Positions 1 to 11,300 of a stretch of 64,000 nt of DNA are shown here, in pieces. Location: NCBI GenBank assembly GCA_965285935.1, contig OZ260664.1, positions 66,898,001 to 66,962,000 of the forward strand, in the 5' to 3' direction. Under the pieces are notes generated by a model, which saw nothing but the letters and a program-made list of their open reading frames with translations, ran no database searches and had not been told where the DNA came from. This DNA is from Ophelia neglecta. Lineage: Eukaryota. The position numbers and the translations under genes were made by a program. Position 1 is the first letter of the stretch; the number at the start of each line of letters is the position of its first letter.

Positions 1-1060
1 CCCCCAGTTGTAACAAACTACAGCATAAATATATATTTGGGCTATGGTTTATTTCCCGATGAATTGAAAATCACAAGAGTGATTGATTCCCTTATATAAA
101 TGAGGTGACCGAATTGTTTCTAGAATTATCGACCAGTTTTCGTGCTAGCCCTCATTTCTAAGATTCTTGTAGGAGCAATGTATTATAGACTTATTGCTTT
201 CATTAATATGCATTTGTATATTAATTTGGCATTAGGGAACAGTGCTCTACAAGCATGGCTTTACTTTTACTTGTATAATAAATTGCATCAGCATTGGATC
301 ATGGCAACTGTGTCTTAGGCCTATATATATGTGCATAATTTTCAAAATCATTTGACACAATCAACCACTAAATACTTCTTCTGAAGCTAGATACATGTAA
401 ATATGGTTTTAGGGATGTGGCTGGGAACTGTTGTTTTCAAGGGTATACTCATTCTGCTTTCCTATATATTAGGTGCAGGGTCTCCCAGGAGCCATACTAG
501 AACCACTCCTTTTCTCTTTCACATTTCTGACACATTGATGCTGCTTTTTGCAGACTACTCATTGAAAAATGCTTTCATTACTGGTAATAATACTGATGAC
601 ACTGTAACCATTATGAACACAGTGATAGGTAGGGGAGATGGCGCCGTGGCTTCAGGTTAATAGACTACATAAATTTCAAGAAAACCAATTTCATGATATT
701 CCACTACTCATGAAACACATTAATCATAGCATTGTCCTTGTCATCAAAGGTCACACAATAGAATTAGTACTGACCACTCAATTTCTGTGGCTTTTTATTG
801 ACAAATTTCTTAATTGAAGGGAACATATTCATATAACTAGGGGAAAGGTCTCCCGGGGACTTGGGGTTTTATGTAAGGCATGAAAGTAATATAATAAAAC
901 ACTTAGGTTGCTCTATACTATTCATTTGTCTAGCCTTACTTGAGCTACTGTATAGAGGTGTGGGGTGATGCTTTTGAATTGTATTTAAATTCCCTGCTAA
1001 AGTTGCTGAAGAGAGCTATTTGTTTGCAAAATGGATTCCTGGGAAATACTATGTCACTTC
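1..1060 (+). mobile_element. Decayed non-LTR retrotransposon (LINE, CR1/L2/jockey-like group) reverse transcriptase relic
   Basis: Frameshifted, stop-interrupted translation gives RT-region motifs in the expected order: GLFPDELKIT.V(I)PLYK, NYRPV..L..ISKIL, STSMAL, FSKSFDTINH.ILLLKL..YGFR, a degenerate GVPQGSILGPLLF-like block, LLFAD, KKTNFMIF, LYYSFV.PYLSYCIEVWG. Confidence 0.85.
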
Positions 1061-1854
1061 CTCTTTTCACTGAATGAATTATACTCACATTGCATGCTAT
1101 ACATTCATTAACTCCTCAAATCTATGCTTTAACCAATTCCTACCAGATGTCATATCCTCCCCATTCACTTTTCACTTTGATATTCACCAACATTTTACTA
1201 ATCCTCATTTTCACATACATAAAACAACACACAGGATGAACAACAATACAGAGATGTACATATAAGTCCCCAGCAAACTATGTACAGCAAGAAGCCCTGA
1301 GAACTATACAAAGTCCCCACAGAGTTCATGTACCAGAACACATCTAGTCTATCACAGGCTCCTTGTTTAAATACTAGTCTCCTGGACCTCAATTATGTCA
1401 AGTTTCATGAGGTTATTTAAACAGGGAGTCTAGATATATATGATACTTTGTGACTTTATAAACTAAAATACAGAGACTAGGGACAATTTACATACTTGTT
1501 GGTAGTAATCAGAAGCCACGAGACTACTTAAATTCAGCAACCAGAGATATGAAGTCCTCCCAGACAATATAGTGAAGAAAATGGATGCCTGGTGCTAGTC
1601 CCCCGGGACTTTTTTGCTAGGATGAACAGACCACTTCCATGCAGATGATGTACCCCATTTGGACAATAAAAGGGAGCCAATACATCCAAGAAAATGGGGT
1701 GTCCCTCATCTAAGGGAGTGTTGTAACTGTAATGCATAGTCAGGCTATATATTTATCCCAACTAGAAAGACCCATTGGCTCAACTCACTTTCAGGCAGAA
1801 ACATTAAAGTTCACAAACAAAATTGCAAAAGTATGAGACATTAACTTACTATCA

Positions 1855-3620
1855 CATATAAATTTGCAGGCTGTGAGATGCCAAGCCTGATATTTCTACA
1901 CAAAACAGAGGTTGTGGACCTCGTTATTTAATTAGTGTAGATGTCCAATGTCAAGCCGGAGGGGGGGGGGGGGGAATTAGGGGCGTATTTTCAGAATGCT
2001 AACATTTCCAGGTCTCATGATAAAAAGCATGAAATATGGACACTTATAGATTCCCTGAATGGCTTTAGTACTATGGTCTCTATTTCCTTTATTAAAGTAA
2101 TTTAGATGAATTCTTGATTTTAGTGATTGGACCTTGAAAATGGGCACGATGATATATGATTGCATATTTGCTGCCCATACTTTCCTTTTCCCTCTCCATA
2201 GTAATCTTAGTAAGGCCTAAGTGTCATATTAAAATTAGGCTGCACACAAATTCAGTCATTTTTTATTTCCATTTTCATGGCAAGTAAATATCCCAGACCA
2301 AAAAATCCCAGACCAGATTTTGCCTTTTTCTCACTGCTTTGCCGGCAAATTCCTAATCACTAGTCATTAGAGGACTGGAATTTTCCCCCTCGATCGTGTC
2401 ATTGTCCCTAGTCTCCAATGGAGATCTATCAGCATTATTTCTTATTGTTTCATTTCAGTGCATCAGCCATATAAACGTGTACATTTCTTCAGAATTTCTT
2501 TTCAGAATTTCCAGTCATTTCTGGCAGGTTAGGGGATTTCCTTTCCAAAGATGCTATGTTGAGTAGCGGATTTCCCAAATTTTCCATAGGAAAATTGCCA
2601 CCATGCCTTTAGGATGGGGTGGGGATAGGGGGTTACAATTGATCACAGTATAAATTTGAAGAAAGAAAGTTTTTTCTTCAGTATTTCCTTTTCATAAGAG
2701 AGGCAGGTGAGCGGTTAACCACCACCCACTACCCACCCCTACCATACACCCCCTCCCTGTTATTGCGGTGAGCCTGACATATAAAATATTGCAAAACGCT
2801 ACGCATGACTGAAAACAGCAATTGAGACATGTTGAACACTCAAACCGAAACTTGGCAGGATCGAATTAGTTGTAAATTTCTAAAAGCCATCAGTGGGTTA
2901 GCACAGCGATTTTTAATGGTTAGTTGTCAAGTTTTCTTTTCTCTGGGCTTGCCGGTTTATCGAAGTAAATAATATGTCCAGCACAATTTTTTAAGTATAT
3001 TTTTCTCCCAGATTCCAGCTCACTCGGTATGAAGTAACGTGTTAGTTCTAAATGCAGCAAAGGCGCCTAGGACAATTTTTATTAAAATGTTCGTTACGTC
3101 ATCTCATCATCCCGTCGTTAATGGCGGGCAGCAATGCGCAAGACATCAAATCTTGACACAGATGCGAGGTGAAGCTTAGCTTCTTTAATTTTACATTTAT
3201 ATCCCACAGTATATTTACAGTCATCCGAAAATCAACACTGGTTAACAGAAAAGTTATTCACGTACCTCAATCAGTCAATGAAGAGTTGTCAACCGCCTAG
3301 AGTTCATAATTTGGTCTAAAACTAACTTTTCGCTAACGATCATACGTTAGGGTTCATTGGAACATGTGCTTTCTGTTTGCTATCAGCAGCATCCAGCGGA
3401 ACGGATGACGTAGATCTATTAGACTTATTGTGCTGTTCCTAGCGGAAGTTTTGTAAACTAAACGCATGATTGAGATATTCTGTGGAAAGTAGTACTACAC
3501 TGCGAAATCTTACTTTAGTATATCCTATCATTCTACCGGCCTTCATGGGTATAAAATTGCGGGCCATGAGCCGCCAAGCCTGATTTTTCTGTTAATAACA
3601 GAGGTTTAGGACCTCTGACT
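1855..3620 (+). repeat. Two diverged ~70-bp direct repeats (1855-1925 and 3549-3620)
   Basis: Shared core tataaa..tgc.ggc..tgag..gccaagcctgat.tttct....aacagaggtt..ggacctc. Probably termini of a dispersed element. Confidence 0.6.
2790..3560 (-). promoter_or_regulatory. CpG-rich promoter-like region, possibly the first exon of a neighbouring minus-strand gene
   Basis: High CpG content, TGACGT (about 3406) and CGGAAG (about 3443) motifs, and a minus-strand donor GAG|GTACGT at 3266/3265. Confidence 0.35.
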
Positions 3621-4399
3621 AAAACTTAACCCAAACAGCCAAAAACAGAGACAACATTTAAATGATACTATCAACCAAGGACATGATGAAACATCGTAGC
3701 AAACACAACAAAATGTAAAATGCGTTTAAAATGTAGATAAAATAAATCAGAAGATTAAACAAATAACCCAACTCAAAATTCAGTGTAAATGAAAACCTGA
3801 AAGGATAGTAGTAGGCCACAGAGGTAAATAATGATTTTTTTAAACGTCAACTTCTTCTTCATGAACCCCCTACCCATCTCCCCCGCCCCCAGTAACATCC
3901 TGCTTGATGGCTTCATTAATTTTAGCACTAAGCAAAAGCTACTTATAAGGAACTGGACTTAATAATGAATGGTATACTGTTCAAGCAGCCAATTTCAGCG
4001 GAATTAACAATGAAGTAGTATCAAAAGCAACAATTATTTCTCACTGACACTCAGTAGTATAGCATAGGCGGGTGACAGGGCAGCCGTAGGTTGTTCTCAA
4101 TATAGATTTCCAAGTTTCCAACAAAAGCGTACAAGTGTTCAACTACACAGGCTTGCAAAGTTCTGGTCATGGCTTTTAGGAGAATTTACATTTTTTATAT
4201 CTCAAAGTGAGTTTTTTTTTGTTTTAATTGTTTTAATTGAGATCAAATCCATGATCAAGAAGTCATTCTCTGAGCCACTCCACTGCATATAAACCACTCG
4301 CCACTTTGTCTCATTGTTTATATCTAAGTCACGGAGCCCAATACTTTAACTACTTACTACATACTGTCACACAAAATGCAAAATGCAAAGCTGCCCATA

Positions 4400-5729
4400 A
4401 ATTTTATAAAATGTACTCTTTTATTCCTTGTGATTTATACATGACATTAGACATACCATAATATAATGTATTCAGATACAAAATGAATTGTGTACAGTTT
4501 TATACACCTTGAATGTTACACTGCACCCAGGCCAGTATAGATGGTATGTGGTAATATTTACATATAATACAAGTACATATATAACACACTCTGTTACCTC
4601 TCCTTAATATTAATGTGATTGCTGTACAAAATTTATGCATTGATGTAAAAACTTGTTAAAAACACTGCATAAAATAGTCCCATTATTGACCAAAAAATAG
4701 TTGGCAATAAAGATTAATATTTCATAAAGAAGTGAATTCTGTCACAAATTGGCAATATTCCAGGAGCATAAAACTTAAATCGCTTTCAGCAGAATAAATA
4801 TGAAGCTTTAAATTAGTTCTAAAAGTGGCTTGTTAGACAGAAACGTATTTATGTCACGTAAATTGTTGCAAATACTGTCACAGTAGCTAAAGTCTTTACC
4901 ATATGTACATGTACTTGACATCAGTAAAAATCCTATTTATGATATACAGCCATAAACAAACTTACACTGTTTAAACATTTTTATGTTTTTGCTTCTAAAA
5001 CACTAATAATTTGATGTCTAACTTCCACTCCATTATAAAAGTAGGCAGTGATTTATAAAAAAATAAATACTGGGTGCACTGCCATTACTTATTTACATAC
5101 AGTTTAACCTGTACATTTGGTATTTCTTTCCTAAGCACTGTTGGTTTTGTTAAAAACCGTCTGGGTAGTCAAGCAGGTATATTAAATCAATCACATGTGA
5201 TTTTAGGCAATTTAATATCACTTCCTGGTGATGAACATTCTTGAAAACAATATTATAGACAATGAAAACTGATATTCTGACTGGCAGGATGGATGGACAA
5301 AGTACTGATCTGCAGCCTTGGATGGATACGTCTAGATGGACTCTGTGTATCTACGTTTCTCATATGCCAATTATTTGGGCGCAATAATTCAGGCAATATA
5401 ATTATTTTATATTTTTGTAATTACTGATAATGAGCATTAGCATTTTCATTTTGAAAACACCACTACTTGCATGGTATGAATACAACAAAAATTAGCTCAT
5501 GTCGCGTTACACAAATATCAAACATATGATTAATAATCATGATGTCTTTCTCATATAAAGGCTGTTTAATTAAAGAATATACACATATCTACATGGTCAG
5601 ACCATGAAAATTTTATACACTAACAAAATATCACATTCATGTCCTCATGAAAATACACACTATATGCATTAATGCATAAAAATACAGTCTCTGCTTGATT
5701 CACACATTCTATTAGTGAGAGACTGTCAG
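4400..5729 (-). other. ds: Putative ds 3'UTR with AATAAA at 4420-4425
   Basis: AT-rich sequence after the stop codon, minus-strand AATAAA at 4420-4425, and several UGUA-type motifs. The true 3' end is not established. Confidence 0.5.
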
Positions 5730-8358
5730 TTAAATCCTGAACTCCTGTTCAGATTCTGAGGAAGCATGTAGTCCATTGAAGAGGACCCCATTTGGCTGTC
5801 TATGTCTTCTAGCTTGGGCCCGGCCTCCTGGAGAATTGTGCCCAGAGCTGCCATGGCTGGACTGCCCTGAGACACTGCCGATGCCTTTGGGAGTCACCAG
5901 CGGACTAATAGAAGGGCTGCGTGTCCCAAGAGGAGAGAGGCTGGGGGTGAAGCTAGGCGACATCACCGCCGATCCATAACTGGACTCGTAGCTGAGCGGT
6001 GATTTAGGCAGACTGACATTTGTCAGCTGAGAAGTTCTTGCAGAGTTCATACTGTTAGCATTACTTGAACTGGAGAGGTTGGAGTTTGATTGGTTCTGAC
6101 TAGCATGGGAAAGAGTAAAGCCTTTTGGCGGCGCATCAGTGATAATAGGTGGTGGAAGAGCATTGTTCACTAAATGTCCGTCAACACTGGCTTTTGCCCT
6201 TCCCTGCTGAGGCACTATCTGAGTTGGCTTTGTTTTTGGCTTGATATTATCATCCTTCAACCGAGCTATTTCTGAGAACACAGCTGCCAGCGGCTGATAC
6301 TGGGGGCCCCAGTCCAGCAAATAGTCCCAGTTGTAGGAGCCACTGAACTCCTCCTCAGAGTTGATCACACTGGACAGGGAGCCCCCGTGGCTGGTTTCGG
6401 CAGCATCCCCAAACCCAAACTGCCTAGTTCCGTCCATGATGGCCATGTTTTCGGCCGCCTCTACCTGACCCAGCTTGGTGTACACCAGGTTACTTATATC
6501 CAGACCATCACCCTCACCACCACCTTCATCACTAAACTGGTGCATGCTTTCCACTGAAGATGCAGCTTTATTTTTGTTAGTAATTTTGGTGGAGTCTATA
6601 CCTAGCCTGGCTAGGTACTCCTGGTGGTTGTGTGCTGAATGTTCTGACATTGCATCGTCATCTTGCTGTATCCCTGAGTCAGGCATTCTATGTCCAGCCT
6701 GCATGGGAGTGGCATTGATCATTCTGATCTCCTCGTCCACTTCATCCCCCTCCTCGGCCGATCCTCTTCCACTGGAGGCCGAATGTGAATTGTCTGACCT
6801 CTCTGAGGTAGTGATGTTATAGTGACGATTTTGCGACTCATTATATGGGGGAGGCGCAAACTGGCTTGGAGGAGGGGGTGGGATCTCATCCAAAGTCCCA
6901 AAAGAGCTGCTATCATAAGAAGTATGTGGGGGTGTCTGTTTGGCCCTCCTACCTCTTAGGTACAGCAGAACGATGACCACAATGATGATGATAGCAATGA
7001 TGGTGAAGACTAAGAGGAGAACCAGAGGGGTGCCACTCAGGGAGAGGTTACCTCCCTGGGCCGCCGAAGCCTCGCAGCCCATACAGCTACGATCCACAGC
7101 AATTTGTAAGACCACCTCAGAGGTGGCACTACCAGAGGAGGCTAGAACACGAAGTACAATGCTATCCTCAGACAAGGCTCTCTTCACCCTGTTCACAGAC
7201 ACATCCCTCTTCCTTCTCTTTTCATCCGGGCTCTGAAGGTCTTTTGTCACAATAATAATTCCAGTGGTGCGATTGATAGCAAAGAATGGATGTTCCTCCC
7301 TGAATGAATAGGTGACATATCCAGAACTACCGTCCTTGTCTGTGGCTCTGATCTGGCCAACCATATCACCAGCCTTGGCATTGCCAGCCACTTCAAAGCT
7401 GTACTCATTCTTGACAAATATGGGTGTAAATTCGTCCCTTGATTTCACTTCAACCATGACATTTACAGTTTTGGCTGATCCTCCTGTATCTGTGGCCTTT
7501 ATGAGAAAGTTGTAAATTCTCTGGTCTCTTTGGCGTAGTACCCTCTTGGTTGTCACATCACCAGATTTTGCGTCTACCTGGAAGAGATCTGGGACAGAAA
7601 GCTGATCAGAGAGTGGTACAAGAGTATACCTAACCTGTCCAAAATATCCACCATCATCATCAATAGCATTTGCCTTAAACACAAAAGTTCCTGGTGGCTC
7701 ATTTTCATGAACAGTCTCCAGATAGACAAGCACAGGGAAGTGTGGTGTGAACTCATTTTGGTCAGTGACATTAATAGTGACTTTGGTGAAGGCTGACAGT
7801 TGTTTGAACTCGGTGCTAGAATCCATAGCTCGGATGATCAAGGTGTGCAGTTCCCGGCTCTCATGGTCTAGTAATGTGCGCACAGATATGATGCCCGTGT
7901 CCCGATCAATCTCAAAACAGTTGTCATCATTTCCTGACATGATTTTGTACTCCACTCTGCCATTTTCATCGGCATCCCTGTCGAAGGCGAAGACGCGTCC
8001 CACACTCACACCCACAGCGATGTCCTCCTCTACCGTAGTACGATATTCACTGGCGTTAAACTGGGGTGAGTTGTCGTTGACATCGGTTGTCTTGATTTTG
8101 ACCATAGTAGTAGAGTTGAGGGGTGGGTCTCCCCGGTCGCGCGCCATGATCACCAGAGAGTATTGCTGGGTCAGCTCCCTGTCCAGCTCCCCATTTAAGA
8201 TAATCTCTCCAGTGCTCTGTGCCACATGGAACATGCCCTGCCCATTTCCTCTCAGTATGGAGTAGTCAATCTTCTTGTTTTCGTACATGTTGTCCCCGTC
8301 TGTGGCTATCACTGTCAGGATGGTCACTCCCTTCTCTTCATTCTCACTCACCTCACCA
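5730..8358 (-). CDS. ds: ds terminal coding exon (EC24-EC27, TM helix at about 6958-7030, cytoplasmic domain ending EQEFRI*)
   Basis: Acceptor tttcag|T and ORF 5730..8351. TM segment PLVLLLVFTIIAIIIIVVIVLLYL followed by Dachsous cytoplasmic motifs. Confidence 0.95.
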
Positions 8359-11300
8359 CTGAAATCAGTAAGTACAAATTATTTTTCATTTGGTTTGAAA
8401 TAATTTTCTTTTAATTACCATGCATTCACTGCAGGCCCCCTCCCTCCCCCACTATATGAAGCACAAGAGCATTGTTTGCAATTAAATAATGTAAGAGTGG
8501 TGATTTTTATGTTGAATATACCTGTAGACAGAGAGAGTGAAGACCGGGGCATGGTTGTTGATGTCAATGACCTGCAGACGGACAGCTACCATGGCAGACA
8601 GACTTGGGTTGCCATGGTCACGAGCTGTTACCACCAGGTGGACTGTGGGCTGACTTGGGTTGTACAAGATTGTCTTGTTAGTGTACACGGAACCTGGAAA
8701 TGACACATTTATAATCATGTAAACTCATTGTGTTTAATATACACCATCGTGCCCCTTTGGGGAACTGGACCATGTTTTCATTAGACAGGTTGAGTGCTTA
8801 TTCAGTTAAACGGTCATGACAAGAAGCAGGATATGGTGTGGGTATTGTTAATTGGTACTGACCAGTCTGGGGGTTGATATAGAAGCCGTCCACAGCGGGC
8901 ATGCTGTAAGTAATACGCGAGTTTTCCTCGCTGTCCTTGTCTGTGGCGTTGACTGTGATGATGGAGACATGGGGACCAGTCATTTCATAGACAGTCACCT
9001 GGGGAAAGCACAAAATTATTAAATATATAAATTTAGCCAATAAATTCATTCTTATCTTCATTTTCTTCTGTTCACGAACTTTGAGAGTGTCTTTATGTTT
9101 ACCTCATAGGATTGTTCAGCAAACACAGGAGGATTGTCATTCTCATCTATGACCTTGACGATGACATCGGTGGTAACGTTATGGTCATTATCGCTGGCCA
9201 TCACTCGCAGGTTGTAGCTGGCTCTAAACTCATGGTCCAGAGCCCTGGCCACCGAGATCTTGCCATTGTACCTGTCGATGCTGAAGGCCTCGTTGGGGTT
9301 GCCTCCCAAGGCAAACTGGTAGATGAGCTGAGGATTGAGGTCAATGTCATTGGCAGTTACCTGGATCACACTGGTGCCAAGTTCAGAGCCTGGAAACAAA
9401 CGTATCATTCTTTATAACAGGGTTCATTATTATATAATATTCAGTAGCATACTGTGGATGAAGGCTCACTGGCCAATACCCAACTTCTATATCATCAATC
9501 ATTTTATGATCATCATAACTACCGGTAATCCAATTGGAGTACTGGTTCTATTTAGAAATGAGGCAATTTTGTTAATTCGAAGAATTAACCAAATAACACA
9601 GTCAACAGCTTATATTCCAAGATATGCTTACCTTCCCTGAGTTTGACAACAGGGTATGGAGGGAAGAATGGAGCATTGTCATTGGTGTCTATCACCTGAA
9701 TTCTCAAGATGGCGGTGCTGGTTTGCTGCGGTTTCCCTCCATCAAATGCTTCCACCACCAGTTTGTACATGTCTGTGATTTCACGGTCCAAGATGATGTT
9801 GGTTTTGACGATGCCAGTGTGTGGTGGGTCAATGACAAAGGCGCCGTGGGTATTTCCTGAGCGAATGCTGTAGTACACCTGTTTGTTTGCGCCCTCGTCT
9901 TTGTCACTTGCAGTGATCTGAGCCACAAAGGTCCCTCGAGGGTTGCCCTCCCATACTCGTGAATAGTACCTGTCCTGAGTAAATCTTGGAGCATTATCAT
10001 TGATGTCTTTCAGGGTCACCCACACAGTGGAGTAGCCATAAGATTTATCACTCTCAGCACTGACAATCAGCCGCATACGCTGGTTGCTCTCATAATCCAG
10101 TTGTCTTGGATCTTTCACAAGTATCCTGCCAGATATCTCATCAATAGTAAAAATGTTGTCATCATTAGATGAGCTGGCAAAGCCATATCTGATAAGCCCA
10201 GACCCTCCTCCGGAGAAGAACCTGGCCTGCACCCGCACCACTTCTGTTCCCTCCGAGGCATGCTCATCCAAAAGGGCATTGTAAGTCATGTTGGTAAACC
10301 TGAGTGTTCCTCGAGCCTGGGCATTACCCACCCTGATCTCAACAACTCCTAAAATACAAATCAACACCATCATAATCAAATTATCTTGATCATTGTGTGT
10401 CATTATGTTTAGGTTATTGAATTTAAATATTGGACAGTTCCCCTTTCAACAAATCATAACTATAAGGGAAACCAAGAATTTGCTTTTTTAAATAGACTAC
10501 ATCTTCTGGGCATGTAAAACATTGAATGAGACAACATAATCCCTATTTGCCATTATTCTAATTTGTTTTACAGCTATCAAAAAGAGTGTATGAACCTTTA
10601 GAGCTTCTGGGACTGTCTGCCATATCTCTGGCTATCACATCAATGTGGTGGATGATGACAGCGCTCGGCTCTAGGAGCGACTTCTTTGTTTTGATGTCTC
10701 CTGACTCTGCATCAAGCAAGAAATACTGATTGTCCTCGGCAAAGCTGTAAGTCACCTGTCCGTTGATGCCGTCGTCCTTGTCGACGGCCGAGACCCGGAC
10801 CACGTACTGGTTAATACCGTGATCCTGAGAGATCTCCGCCTTGTAGGGAATCTGCTCAAACACCGGGGCGTTGTCGTTGACGTCCAGGATGGTGATGTCT
10901 ACACGGGCGCTCTCTGAACGAGGGTCGTACAGTCCTCCGTCAGTGGCATACACTTCAAAACTGTACGAGGAGGTCTTCTCCCGGTCAAACTCACTGCAAA
11001 AACCAAAGACAGGTTCTTAATCACAGATAAACAGCTGGGTAAATAGACATGCCTATACAAAATATGAACTTGATTTACTTTTATCAACAAGATTTCATTT
11101 ACTTTTACACATCTTTTTACAAATACAGAGAAACTGTGTATATAGTTGTTTTTTATATACTATTTTACAAGTAGGAGCTCATCTTTACCCAGCTGTCGTG
11201 ATCACCCCAGTGATGTTGTCGATCTTGAACTGGCCGTTGGCGTCATTGCTCATAGCGTAGGAGATCTTGGCATTCACCCCCTCATCCACATCTGTGGCCT

